DNA of 64,000 nucleotides from Escherichia coli (GTDB lineage Bacteria; Pseudomonadota; Gammaproteobacteria; Enterobacterales; Enterobacteriaceae). The stretch is taken from the NCBI RefSeq assembly GCF_030013595.1, contig NZ_CP122769.1; one strand, written 5' to 3'. Below are positions 52,388 to 62,697 of the stretch, in pieces. The position numbers and the translations under genes are program-made. Positions within the stretch are counted from its first letter, which is position 1. Each line of letters begins with the position of its first letter. The notes under the pieces are model-generated. The model did not search any database, was not told the DNA's origin, and saw nothing but the letters and a program-made list of their open reading frames with translations.

Positions 52388-53314
52388 ATGGTTTACGAAA
52401 ATGAATTGTGGCACAGTTTTCTTCTGCGTTCACAGATAATGTATAACTTATCCAATTGCAGGAACATAATATCAAAGCATGGCGCACTAAGGTACGATGC
52501 CTTTCCTCGTTTCGAACTGATTGATATGTACAAATTGCATAGCTTGCAGGATATATATGACATTCTTGCCACTAGAAATGGTTATATACTAACTTCCAAT
52601 ATAGTGTCGTTATCTTCTGGTGTTTACGGGTATTTTAACGCTGTTGAAGATGCCTGTCGGAAAAATTTTCACATAACTAATTCATATCCATTGGTAAACA
52701 TCTCAAACATTCGTTACTGTCACAAATGTATTGTTGAAGATATACACTCTAAAGGCATTGGTTATCTGCGTCATAGATGGTTGTTTGAATCTAAATGTGC
52801 AGTTCATAGTACCAGTTTATATGAGGTTTGTTTTGATAACTATTTGAATGCAGTGAAAGGACTTAGTGACTTAATTATAAGTGGAATAAATCCTCATGGT
52901 TATTGTTCCCTTGTGGTTGACGTTTCAAACCCTTTCAAAAATCCAGTGTATATATTACCATGTGCACGTAATAAAATTTTAAAATGGATTTCGGACAATA
53001 AAAATATGCTGATTTACTTTCTCTTTGATCTCTTCAAATGTAAGTCGCATTCAAGTTTATCTAAGGTTATCGAAGTCAAGATAATGCATGATAGATATAT
53101 TTCTGCGGTGTTCAAGATGTTAAGTGAAGTTAATTTTTGTAATTTCAACTCATTTATTTCTGATATTTTTGAGGACGTAAGTTATGCCTCTATCGGACTT
53201 GATGATTATTCTGTTAATGTGCATTTTCTCAGGCTAAGGGCTGCAGATTGTAAATTTTGCCAGTTGAATGGTAAATATTTTTGCTCACTTTACAATGTAA
53301 AATTTCTTCGCTAA
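52388..53314 (+). CDS. second TniQ-like protein (short)
   Basis: N-terminal ENELWHSFLLRS and C-x2-C-x22-C-x2-H motif (CHKC...CAVH). Confidence 0.5.
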   Translation: MVYENELWHSFLLRSQIMYNLSNCRNIISKHGALRYDAFPRFELIDMYKLHSLQDIYDILATRNGYILTSNIVSLSSGVYGYFNAVEDACRKNFHITNSYPLVNISNIRYCHKCIVEDIHSKGIGYLRHRWLFESKCAVHSTSLYEVCFDNYLNAVKGLSDLIISGINPHGYCSLVVDVSNPFKNPVYILPCARNKILKWISDNKNMLIYFLFDLFKCKSHSSLSKVIEVKIMHDRYISAVFKMLSEVNFCNFNSFISDIFEDVSYASIGLDDYSVNVHFLRLRAADCKFCQLNGKYFCSLYNVKFLR

Positions 53315-53586
53315 TTTCACTTCATTTATAAAATACTAAGAAAGCTAGTTAGATAAGGTTTTATATTTTGACTGGGGCAGGAATAAATTATCACTCATAG
53401 AGTTTCCCTGGGGGTTACCACCTGTGTATGATGCCGGTTAGCAACAACGTCTAAAAGACCTGCGATCACGTGGGTCCCTCTCCAGCAAAGGGGCAAGGGG
53501 TGCTATATAACGGTGTACTGCTTACCCAATACGGCCTTGTATTTGAAAGATGCCGCATCTTGGCAGGATTCGTATTACAGCCTATA

Positions 53587-53629
53587 GTCTGTTAATGAGC
53601 ATTACAGCCTATATGCTGTAAATCCCTGC
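53587..53629 (+). promoter_or_regulatory. operator-like inverted repeats upstream of hipB paralogue
   Basis: ACAGC-N6-TCTGT at 53587-53602 and ACAGC-N6-GCTGT at 53614-53629, same type as hipBA operators. Confidence 0.45.
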
Positions 53630-53666
53630 GTTATGCTTGTTAACTCGTCGATACGGAAGGTCACTT

Positions 53667-53966
53667 ATGAACACTCAATACGCTTTGAAGACTTTGAATC
53701 AGTTACGTCCTGTTTTAATCGGCTTTCGCAAAGCCAATGGACTGACGCAAAAAGATGTTTCTGAACGTTTGGGTATAACACAGCAAACTTATGCCCGACT
53801 AGAGGCCAACCCTGCAAGTGCGGGTTTTGAGCGTTTGTTTAGGGTGTTCAGCGTCCTTGGAGTGGAGATCGTACTTTCATCCAGGGAACCATTGTCAGAT
53901 GCAAAGCCCGAATACGGAGCTATGCACAATTATTCTTCACTTCCAGCCAGGCGGGAGAAATGGTGA
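53667..53966 (+). CDS. HipB-like HTH regulator (orphan paralogue, no adjacent hipA)
   Basis: MNTQYALKTLNQLRPVLIGFRKANGLTQKDVSERLGITQQTYARLE closely parallels hipB at 40003. Confidence 0.75.
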   Translation: MNTQYALKTLNQLRPVLIGFRKANGLTQKDVSERLGITQQTYARLEANPASAGFERLFRVFSVLGVEIVLSSREPLSDAKPEYGAMHNYSSLPARREKW

Positions 53967-54529
53967 CGCCTGGCGCTTCCCGGTCTAATTTTTCTTCAAC
54001 AAGATTAACCCCTTAGCGGCCTGAAGTATCAGGTTGCGATAGAGCCTTTCATTTCTTCTGTTATGTTAAATACACCATTTTGAGCTATTTCGCTCGGCCT
54101 TAAATTATCTCTTCATTCTTCAGTGAAAATTTTATGTCGATCACATTATCGATGAATTTAGGAAATAATCCGTAAATGAAAATCTATCTTCTTTTAAATT
54201 CATCAGTGTCAGTAGCAAATATTACGCATAAAAGAATGGTTATTATTATCATTTAAATTATAAAGCTCATGAGTCAATTCCAAAAAATATAATAAGCATT
54301 GAAATCATTACCCGTGATTCTGGAGTTTTAACTTTGCCATGTAACCAACCACAAGTTAGTTTCCGGTGTTTTGAGGGGCAGTAAAGTTCTGAAAGCGCGA
54401 CCAGATCATAATCCCGAAATGTCGTTAAGATATTCTGAATAACGGTTATCCCTGCTTGTTGGCAGGCATTTGAAAATATATTTTGTATTCAGGTTGCAGC
54501 AAAACGCTTTCTTACACACAGGACTTCAT

Positions 54530-56355
54530 ATGCGGCTCAGAAAATTAAAACTGAAAAACTTCAGAGGCTACAGAAACTCTACTGAAATCATTATTGATGA
54601 AAGCATGACGGGTATTGTCGGTCGTAATGACTTTGGGAAATCAACGCTTCTGGAAGCGCTGGCTATTTTTTTTGAAACAGAAGGAATGAAGGCTGACAAG
54701 AATGACATGAACTGTTTCAGCCTAAGAGAAGGGGACGGCCGTTTTGAAATAGCCTGTGAATTTGATGACCTGCCCGATTTTATCATGATCGACGACAGGG
54801 TGCAGACCACGCTCGCCTCAGAACATCTGCTGAATGAGGACGGCAATTTTGAAATCGTCAAAACGTTTAAAGCAACGACCTCAGGAAAACCGGAGCAGAC
54901 CTGCATCCGCTGCATCCACCCGGATGAGGAGCCCCTGAGAAATTTACTGGGCATGAAAATTTCTGAGCTCAAGGCGGTGGGAAAAGAAGTTGAAAAAAAT
55001 GTGGCGGATAAACGCACTGCATCGTTATGGCGTCAGGCCATCAGGGAAGCCGCAGCCCCCTATACCTGTTCGGAAATTATGCTGGATGTCGATAAAGAGT
55101 TCGGAACCGACACAAAATCATTATGGGGTAAGATCCTCGATTTGCTGCCCACGTATGCGATTTTCAAAGCCGACAGGGAAAGCAGCGACGGGGATTCCGA
55201 AGCTAAAAACCCCTTACAGCAGGCCGTAAAAGACGCTCAGGCTGCGCTGCAGGACAAAATTACAGCGCTGGAAAATGAGATTCAGGACAGCGTCCTGGAT
55301 GTCGCACAGAGAACGCTGGATAAATTACGTGAAATGGCCCCCGAACTCGCCAGTGAACTGACTCCACGATTTAAGGAGAAACCCAAGTGGACCTTCAATT
55401 TCACCCTGGACGGGGAAAATGGCATCCCCATCAATAAGCGCGGCAGCGGGATAAGGAGGCTTATCCTGTTGAATTTTTTCGGGCTGAGGCTGAAAAGAAT
55501 GTCGCGGGGACGCCCAGAAATGTGATTTATGCCATAGAGGAGCCTGAAACGTCACAGCATCCGAACTATCAGATGATGCTGATGAAAGCGTTACTGGCAC
55601 TGGCAGGCCAGCCGCACCGTCAGATTATCGTCACCACCCATGTCCCGGCGCTGGCCGGATTAATCCCTGTCGAAGGCGTACGTTATGTTACCCGAAATGA
55701 GGCGGGTGAACCCGTAGTAAAAATGCCGGATGACGCAGTGCTGAAGGAAGCCACTGAAAGCCTGGGGGTGCTGCCAGAGACCGGTATGGAAAGGGCGCAG
55801 GGGATTGTTCTGGTAGAGGGAAAGTCGGATGTTACTTTCCTGAGGCATGCGGCCAGTTCATTAAAACAGTCAGGTGCGCTGCCAGCCTCTCTGGAGGACG
55901 TGAAAATAGTGCCAGTCCTCATAGGAGGGTGTGGTAGCGTCAAACACTGGGTTACATTGAATCTGGCCAAAGATCTGGGGCTTCCCTGGTGCGTATTTCT
56001 GGACTCCGATATTGGGGGAGACCCTGCACAGGTTCTGTCCATCCAGAAGCGTAAAAAAGAAGTAGAGGAGGCCGGTAAGGTATTTTTCGCTACGCGCAAA
56101 CGTGAGATAGAAAACTATCTGTGCCCGGATCTTATCGAGGAAATTACTGGTGTAGCCGTCACGTTTACGGACACCTGTGACGCTAAAAAAATAATCGGCC
56201 GGGCTGTGGGAATGAAACCCGATAATGTACTAGATAAATTCTGGCCTCAGATGACATCAGAAAGAATCATCTCAAGATCAACCTATCATGACGGAACGCA
56301 GGAGAGAAGCGAGCTGGTTGAGATCCTGAGCGACATTGTATCCATGACGAGATAA
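54530..56355 (+). pseudogene. OLD-family ATP-dependent nuclease (AAA ATPase + Toprim), apparent frameshift
   Basis: Walker A GRNDFGKST; downstream frame has IEEPETSQHP and Toprim VLVEGKSDV / VFLDSD; frames switch at the T6C run 55474-55480. Confidence 0.65.
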
Positions 56356-56453
56356 TGTATTAAATAAGCATCTCAGGTGCATATATTCCGGTCCTCAACA
56401 AAGGACCGGAGTACAGAGTAGTAAAAACCCGAAATTAAGGTAATGACTCCAAC

Positions 56454-56957
56454 TTATTGATAGTGTTTTATGTTCAGATAATGCCCGATGACTTTGTCAT
56501 GCAGCTCCACCGATTTTGAGAACGACAGCGACTTCCGTCCCAGCCGTGCCAGGTGCTGCCTCAGATTCAGGTTATGCCGCTCAATTCGCTGCGTATATCG
56601 CTTGCTGATTACGTGCAGCTTTCCCTTCAGGCGGGATTCATACAGCGGCCAGCCATCCGTCATCCATATCACCACGTCAAAGGGTGACAGCAGGCTCATA
56701 AGACGCCCCAGCGTCGCCATAGTGCGTTCACCGAATACGTGCGCAACAACCGTCTTCCGGAGCCTGTCATACGCGTAAAACAGCCAGCGCTGGCGCGATT
56801 TAGCCCCGACATAGCCCCACTGTTCGTCCATTTCCGCGCAGACGATGACGTCACTGCCCGGCTGTATGCGCGAGGTTACCGACTGCGGCCTGAGTTTTTT
56901 AAGTGACGTAAAATCGTGTTGAGGCCAACGCCCATAATGCGGGCGGTTGCCCGGCAT
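56454..56957 (-). CDS. insB: IS1 InsB
   Basis: Near-identical to copy 1 InsB. Confidence 0.9.
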
Positions 56958-57151
56958 CCAACGCCATTCATGGCCATATCAATGATTTTCTGGTGCGTAC
57001 CGGGTTGAGAAGCGGTGTAAGTGAACTGCAGTTGCCATGTTTTACGGCAGTGAGAGCAGAGATAGCGCTGATGTCCGGCGGTGCTTTTGCCGTTACGCAC
57101 CACCCCGTCAGTAGCTGAACAGGAGGGACAGCTGATAGAAACAGAAGCCAC
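56876..57151 (-). CDS. insA: IS1 InsA
   Basis: Near-identical to copy 1 InsA (one substitution F to L). Confidence 0.95.
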
Positions 57152-57299
57152 TGGAGCACCTCAAAAACACCATCATACACTAAATCAGTAAGTTGGCAGC
57201 ATCACCGAAATTAATCGGGTTTGAATTGTATAAAGATTAACCGACTCCCGCGCCCAGGAACGATGTAAAATCACGCTTGTCGTGACATTTCTACAATGT

Positions 57300-57650
57300 T
57301 TACTTTTGACTATCAAGCCATTTATTCATCTGCTCAATTTCACCTTTTTGAGCTTTAATGATGTCCTGCGCGAGCTTTCTCATTTTCGGATCTTTTCCGT
57401 ATTTGAGCTCGGTCTCAGCCATTGCTATTGCCCCTTCATGGTGCGCTACCATGCCTTTCGCAAAAGCCTTGTCGGGATCGGACTCATTTACGGCAGCCAT
57501 CATTTTGTCATGCATGTCTTTCATGCCAGCCATATATTCCTGTGACGAAGCCGAGGTAGACATATCAGTCATTTTCATTTCTGAATGTTCTGCTGAAATC
57601 GCTGGCAGGGATAACATTAATACTGCAAATAAAGTGTTTCTGGCTTTCAT
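57300..57650 (-). CDS. DUF305-like periplasmic Met/His-rich protein
   Basis: Signal peptide; MVAHHEGAIAMAE..LAQDIIKAQKGEIEQMNKWL resembles DUF305. Confidence 0.6.
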   Translation of the reverse strand: MKARNTLFAVLMLSLPAISAEHSEMKMTDMSTSASSQEYMAGMKDMHDKMMAAVNESDPDKAFAKGMVAHHEGAIAMAETELKYGKDPKMRKLAQDIIKAQKGEIEQMNKWLDSQK

Positions 57651-57797
57651 AAAAAATATCCTTTTAGCGTTGATGCCCGTTAACTGTAGCAGAATCTGAT
57701 AAAAATGCCCCCTGTAGGGGGCAAAGATGTTGCCATATATCCGGTTACGGAAAAATCTATCAAGGAAATAAGGACAGCACAGATACTTCCCTCGCCG

Positions 57798-58229
57798 TCA
57801 GCCTGCACTGAGCATGCGACGATGCGCTTCGGCCATGGCCTGATGTGGGCCAGACTGACCGTTATTCATAAATTCATGGGCAACTGCAGCTCTTTCATGC
57901 TCATTCATTGCCGCTAATGACTTCGACGGCCCGGTAGGGGAAACGGTCTGACTTCCCATCATCCTCTGATGACTTTCCACCATTTTCTGGTGCGCATCCG
58001 CCGACCCGTTCGTCATGGTTTCATGAGCAATAATGGCCTGTTCATGCTGGTCCATACCGGTCATACGAGGAGCAGTCCCCTGGATCCCGACAGGAGCCGC
58101 AGCAGACTGCATCTGGTGAGCAGGAGCCTGTGCATTGTTGACGCGATCATGGATATTCACGGTTTCAGTGGCCCAGGCCGATGAAATTAAACCAAAGCCC
58201 AGCAAAGATGCTAATACGATATTTTTCAT
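57798..58229 (-). CDS. silE: SilE periplasmic silver-binding protein
   Basis: 143 aa from MKNIVLASLLGF..; His/Met-rich repeats; the ORF-track start at 58346 is an upstream extension. Confidence 0.9.
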   Translation of the reverse strand: MKNIVLASLLGFGLISSAWATETVNIHDRVNNAQAPAHQMQSAAAPVGIQGTAPRMTGMDQHEQAIIAHETMTNGSADAHQKMVESHQRMMGSQTVSPTGPSKSLAAMNEHERAAVAHEFMNNGQSGPHQAMAEAHRRMLSAG

Positions 58230-58448
58230 GATAACTCTCCATTTCTGAATTAGTGATGTCCGGGGAAGTACAACCGGTGTTTTCAGTTCCATAACTGAAA
58301 CAAGTTCGGCAGCGTTTATTTCTCCGGAAGAGGGCTGGATATTCATTTCCTGGCGTACTCTGACGCCGGGTATTGATGAAGCAATCCAGCCTTCCTGATA
58401 AGTTGCACTAATTATATCGAATGGCTTCTGTTTGCTGCATGACAGGCT

Positions 58449-58466
58449 AATGACATCTTTGTCATT
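58449..58466 (-). promoter_or_regulatory. SilR/CusR-type box upstream of silE
   Basis: aATGACAtctTTGTCATt palindrome. Confidence 0.55.
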
Positions 58467-58479
58467 TACATCTTTATTT

Positions 58480-59955
58480 TCAGCATTGGGTTTCCGGGAT
58501 CATTTTCTCCAGTCTGGGCACGGATAAGATAAAACGCGTGGAGCGTACGTCTGATTCCACCTGCACTCTTCCGTGATGTGCTTCCACGATTGACTTCACA
58601 ATCGCAAGGCCGATGCCGCTGCCTTCTCCTTTGCGTTGTCTGGATGGATCCACCCGATAAAAACGGTCAAACAGCCTTGATAAATGTTCTTCAGGGATCG
58701 GTTTCCCCGGATTTTCAATCACAAGGTCAAAAAAGCTCTCCTGCTCTCTTATTGAGACGGTGATTGCCTGTCCCTCCGGGGTATAACGCAGGGCATTGGA
58801 TAACAGATTATTGATCGCCCTTCTGAACATTTGTGGATCTCCCTCAACCAGGCAGGGCATCCCGTTAAATTTGAGCGTGATATTGCGTTCTTCGGCCCAG
58901 GCTTCGAAAAACTCGAAGACTTTCATGACTTCCGCTCTGAGGTCAAACATGACCCTGTCAGGTATCAGCTGATTATTATCTGCCTGTGCCAGGAACAGCA
59001 TATCGCTGACCATTTTGGTCATCCGGTTATACTCTTCAAGACTGGAATAGAGGACATCCTCAAGTTCCCTCTGTGTTCGATCCTGACTCAGTGCGATTTC
59101 AGTCTGCGTCACCAGATTGGTGATGGGCGTTCTGATCTCATGCGCGATATCGGCAGAGAAATTGGCCTGGCGGGTAAAGACATCCTCAATCTTTCCAATC
59201 ATATGATTGAACGAGATAACCAGTTGCTCCAGCTCAATGGGAACGCGTGTCGGTTCCAGTCGCGCATCAAGATTCTCGGAGGTGATGTTTTTAATGGCAT
59301 TGCTGACATTACGAAGGGGCAGGTGCCCCTGACGGACAGCGATTCGAATGATCAGAACAATCAACAGGCTTATCACGACGGCAATCGCAATCAGGTTCTT
59401 TTTCAGCGCATCGAGGTAATGGAGATGGAAATTAATGGATAGGCCAGTCAGCATGACATAGTTCTGCTGTTTGCCCTGAAATATCGCCTGACCAGAGGAG
59501 GCGATAATCCTGTATGTTTCCATCTTCATTTCGGACCCGGTATCCATCGGTCCCGCAGGATCCTCCACCGTCCAGAGAAAGACATCCCGTGCGCGGCTGT
59601 GCTCGCTAAAATCTGCTGAATTCACTGCCGGGCGTAGTGCCGCCCCCTGAGCTGAGCTAAAGAGCACTTCACCCCTGGGATTGAGGAGCAAAAGGGCAAC
59701 GTTGCGGTAGCTGGCAATTGATTCCTTTATTTTGCTTATTTTTTTATCATCCGGATCCACCGGGGACTGCAGTATACGGTTCAGTGTGGTGCTGATTTGT
59801 TGAAGATCGCTGACATCCTGCTCGGCAAAATGATTTTCAACAGAATGCAGCATAAACCAGGTGAAGGCGATAAAAGCCAGTATCGTGGACAGGCTGATAA
59901 AAAAGGTCAGCCGCAGAGCGAGTGAGAAAGGGCGTCTGGAAGGTTTGCTATGCAT
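58480..59955 (-). CDS. silS: SilS sensor histidine kinase (CusS-like)
   Basis: Two TM segments, H-box [10 protein letters not shown], ATPase motifs. Confidence 0.9.
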   Translation of the reverse strand: MHSKPSRRPFSLALRLTFFISLSTILAFIAFTWFMLHSVENHFAEQDVSDLQQISTTLNRILQSPVDPDDKKISKIKESIASYRNVALLLLNPRGEVLFSSAQGAALRPAVNSADFSEHSRARDVFLWTVEDPAGPMDTGSEMKMETYRIIASSGQAIFQGKQQNYVMLTGLSINFHLHYLDALKKNLIAIAVVISLLIVLIIRIAVRQGHLPLRNVSNAIKNITSENLDARLEPTRVPIELEQLVISFNHMIGKIEDVFTRQANFSADIAHEIRTPITNLVTQTEIALSQDRTQRELEDVLYSSLEEYNRMTKMVSDMLFLAQADNNQLIPDRVMFDLRAEVMKVFEFFEAWAEERNITLKFNGMPCLVEGDPQMFRRAINNLLSNALRYTPEGQAITVSIREQESFFDLVIENPGKPIPEEHLSRLFDRFYRVDPSRQRKGEGSGIGLAIVKSIVEAHHGRVQVESDVRSTRFILSVPRLEKMIPETQC

Positions 59956-60628
59956 CCGGGACCTCCAGCATGTAGCCCACGCCCCGGACTGTCTGGATCA
60001 GCTTTGTCCCGTAATCGTTGTCTATTTTAGCGCGGAGTCGCTTTACTGCGACATCGATCGCATTAGTGTCGCTGTCAAAATTCATGTCCCAGACCTGAGA
60101 GGCAATCAGGGAGCGGGGAAGAACCTCTCCCTGATGGCGAATGAAGAATTCCAGCAGGCTGAACTCTTTACTGGTGAGTACAATGCGGTTTCCGGCGCGA
60201 CTGACTTTTCTGGATACGAGATCAATCGAGAGGTCAGCCACCTTAAACTGGCTTTCCGTGATCATCGTGTTTCCCCGCCTCAGAAGGGTTCTCACCCGGG
60301 CGAGCAGTTCGGCAAACGCAAAGGGTTTAACCAGATAATCGTCCGCACCCAGTTCCAGTCCTTTGACCCTGTGTTCGATCGTGCCGAGGGCTGTCAGCAG
60401 TAAGACCGGCATACCCTTTCCGGCAGTGCGCAGCATGCGGATGATATCCCAGCCGTTCACATCAGGTAGCATGATATCCAGAATGACTAAATCATACTCG
60501 GCTGTCATGGCGAGATGATATCCGGTAAGACCATTATCAGCGTGATCCACTACGAACCCTGCCTCTGTAAGCCCTTTGCTGAGATATTCACCTGTTTTAA
60601 TTTCGTCTTCGACGATCAATATTTTCAT
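59948..60628 (-). CDS. silR: SilR response regulator (CusR-like, OmpR family)
   Basis: MKILIVEDE receiver domain, winged-helix C-terminus. Confidence 0.9.
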   Translation of the reverse strand: MKILIVEDEIKTGEYLSKGLTEAGFVVDHADNGLTGYHLAMTAEYDLVILDIMLPDVNGWDIIRMLRTAGKGMPVLLLTALGTIEHRVKGLELGADDYLVKPFAFAELLARVRTLLRRGNTMITESQFKVADLSIDLVSRKVSRAGNRIVLTSKEFSLLEFFIRHQGEVLPRSLIASQVWDMNFDSDTNAIDVAVKRLRAKIDNDYGTKLIQTVRGVGYMLEVPDA

Positions 60629-60695
60629 CTTGCTCCCCGGCTGGCTGCTAATGTCATTCTATTGCGCCCACGATCGTTATCAACGGATTACAGCA

Positions 60696-60716
60696 AAAAT
60701 GACAACATTGTCATTA
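60696..60716 (+). promoter_or_regulatory. SilR/CusR box in silRS-silCFB divergent promoter
   Basis: aaaATGACAAcaTTGTCATta. Confidence 0.65.
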
Positions 60717-60817
60717 TCCTGTCACCCGGCAAACAGAGAGCGTTAGGTAAAGTACCCCTATCAATACTCTGGACTTCGTTTGAACCATTTACCAGGTCTG
60801 CCTGTACGAGAAGCGTT

Positions 60818-62203
60818 ATGTTCAAATTAAAATTACTCAGCATCAGTACCATATTCATCCTGGCTGGTTGTGTTTCTCTGGCACCTGAATATCAGCGTCC
60901 GCCAGCTCCGGTTCCCCAGCAGTTTTCATTGTCTAAAAACAGTCTGACGCCTGCGGTAAACAGCTATCAGGATACGGGCTGGCGAAACTTTTTTGTCGAT
61001 CCCCAGGTCAGCAGGCTGATCGGTGAAGCCCTGAATAATAACCGTGATTTGAGAATGGCTGCCCTGAAGGTTGAAGAGGCCCGGGCCCAGTTCAACGTCA
61101 CGGATGCAGATCGTTATCCCCAACTGAATGCCTCATCCGGGATCACATACAACGGTGGTCTGAAAGGTGACAAGCCGACCACACAGGAGTACGACGCGGG
61201 TCTGGAGCTCAGCTATGAGCTCGATTTTTTTGGCAAACTTAAGAACATGAGTGAGGCTGATCGCCAGAACTACTTTGCCAGCGAAGAAGCCCGTCGTGCC
61301 GTACACATCCTGCTGGTCTCCAACGTTTCACAGAGCTATTTCAGCCAGCAACTGGCGTACGAACAACTCCGTATTGCGCGGGAAACGCTGAAAAATTATG
61401 AACAGTCCTATGCTTTCGTTGAGCAACAGCTCGTGACCGGGAGTACGAACGTTCTGGCACTTGAACAGGCGAGAGGACAAATCGAAAGTACCCGCGCCGA
61501 AATAGCCAAACGAGAAGGCGATCTGGCTCAGGCAAACAATGCCCTGCAACTGGTGCTGGGAACGTACCGCGCACTTCCGTCAGAAAAAGGGATGAAAGGC
61601 GGGGAGATCGCACCAGTAAAATTGCCACCAAATCTATCTTCACAAATTTTGCTGCAGCGACCGGATATTATGGAAGCGGAATATCAGCTGAAAGCGGCTG
61701 ATGCCAATATTGGCGCAGCGCGAGCGGCCTTTTTCCCCTCCATTACCCTGACCAGTGGTCTTTCCGCAAGCAGTACGGAGCTGTCAAGCCTGTTTACGTC
61801 AGGAAGTGGAATGTGGAATTTTATCCCTAAAATTGAAATTCCTATTTTTAATGCTGGCAGGAATAAAGCCAATCTGAAGCTGGCTGAAATTCGCCAGCAA
61901 CAATCGGTGGTTAATTACGAACAAAAAATTCAGTCAGCCTTTAAGGATGTTTCCGACACGCTTGCGCTGCGCGACAGCCTTAGCCAGCAACTTGAGTCAC
62001 AGCAGCGTTATCTTGATTCACTTCAGATAACTCTCCAGCGTGCCAGAGGATTATATGCAAGTGGTGCTGTCAGTTACATCGAAGTGCTGGATGCAGAACG
62101 TTCCCTCTTCGCTACGCAGCAAACCATTCTCGATCTTACCTATTCCCGACAGGTTAACGAAATTAATCTGTTTACCGCGCTGGGTGGCGGTTGGGTAGAG
62201 TAA
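60818..62203 (+). CDS. silC: SilC outer-membrane efflux channel (CusC-like)
   Basis: 461 aa from MFKLKLLSISTIFILAGC lipoprotein signal; the ORF-track start at 60515 is an extension. Confidence 0.9.
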   Translation: MFKLKLLSISTIFILAGCVSLAPEYQRPPAPVPQQFSLSKNSLTPAVNSYQDTGWRNFFVDPQVSRLIGEALNNNRDLRMAALKVEEARAQFNVTDADRYPQLNASSGITYNGGLKGDKPTTQEYDAGLELSYELDFFGKLKNMSEADRQNYFASEEARRAVHILLVSNVSQSYFSQQLAYEQLRIARETLKNYEQSYAFVEQQLVTGSTNVLALEQARGQIESTRAEIAKREGDLAQANNALQLVLGTYRALPSEKGMKGGEIAPVKLPPNLSSQILLQRPDIMEAEYQLKAADANIGAARAAFFPSITLTSGLSASSTELSSLFTSGSGMWNFIPKIEIPIFNAGRNKANLKLAEIRQQQSVVNYEQKIQSAFKDVSDTLALRDSLSQQLESQQRYLDSLQITLQRARGLYASGAVSYIEVLDAERSLFATQQTILDLTYSRQVNEINLFTALGGGWVE

Positions 62204-62230
62204 ATTTATTTAATTAATCAGGAAATTAAA

Positions 62231-62584
62231 ATGCGTAATTCACTTAAAGCCGTTTTATTTGGTGCCTTCTCTGTCATGTTTTCTGCCGGTCTTCATGCTG
62301 AAACACATCAGCATGGCGATATGAATACTGCCAGTGATGCTTCGGTACAGCAAGTTATCAAGGGCACCGGTGTCGTTAAAGACATTGATATGAATACTAA
62401 GAAAATCACCATTTCGCATGAAGCAATTCCAGCGGTGGGCTGGCCTGCAATGACCATGCGCTTTACTTTTGTTAATGCAGACGATGCTATTAATGCCCTG
62501 AAAACAGGCAACCATGTCGATTTCTCGTTTATTCAGCAGGGCAATATCTCCTTACTCAAAAGCATTAACGTGACGCAGTCCTGA
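62231..62584 (+). CDS. silF: SilF periplasmic metallochaperone (CusF-like)
   Basis: 117 aa with signal peptide and MTMRF motif. Confidence 0.85.
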   Translation: MRNSLKAVLFGAFSVMFSAGLHAETHQHGDMNTASDASVQQVIKGTGVVKDIDMNTKKITISHEAIPAVGWPAMTMRFTFVNADDAINALKTGNHVDFSFIQQGNISLLKSINVTQS

Positions 62585-62697
62585 TTGGCTGTCCGGAGCG
62601 ATTACATCCTGTGCGCCTGTACATTCACATAGGTATATGTGTGAGTTAACCGTCAGGCGCATATGCCAGGTGTTTTGATTTTTTAGCGGAAAATTGT

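Larger units (their letters stand above)
56439..57206 (-). mobile_element. IS1 copy 2 (inverted relative to copy 1) with 8-bp target-site duplication
   Basis: 768 bp; flanked by direct repeat gaaattaa (56431-56438 and 57207-57214). Confidence 0.95.

Noticed and set aside
54000-54529. Possible hipA remnant or ncRNA in the AT-rich gap after the orphan hipB
   Set aside because: No reading frame with HipA-like motifs and no convincing stem-loop architecture visible by eye; left as non-coding.
43612-57206. Two IS1 copies forming a composite transposon around the tns genes
   Set aside because: The copies are in inverted orientation. Copy 2 has its own 8-bp target duplication and copy 1 has none, so they look like independent insertions (one with an adjacent rearrangement), not a mobilised unit.
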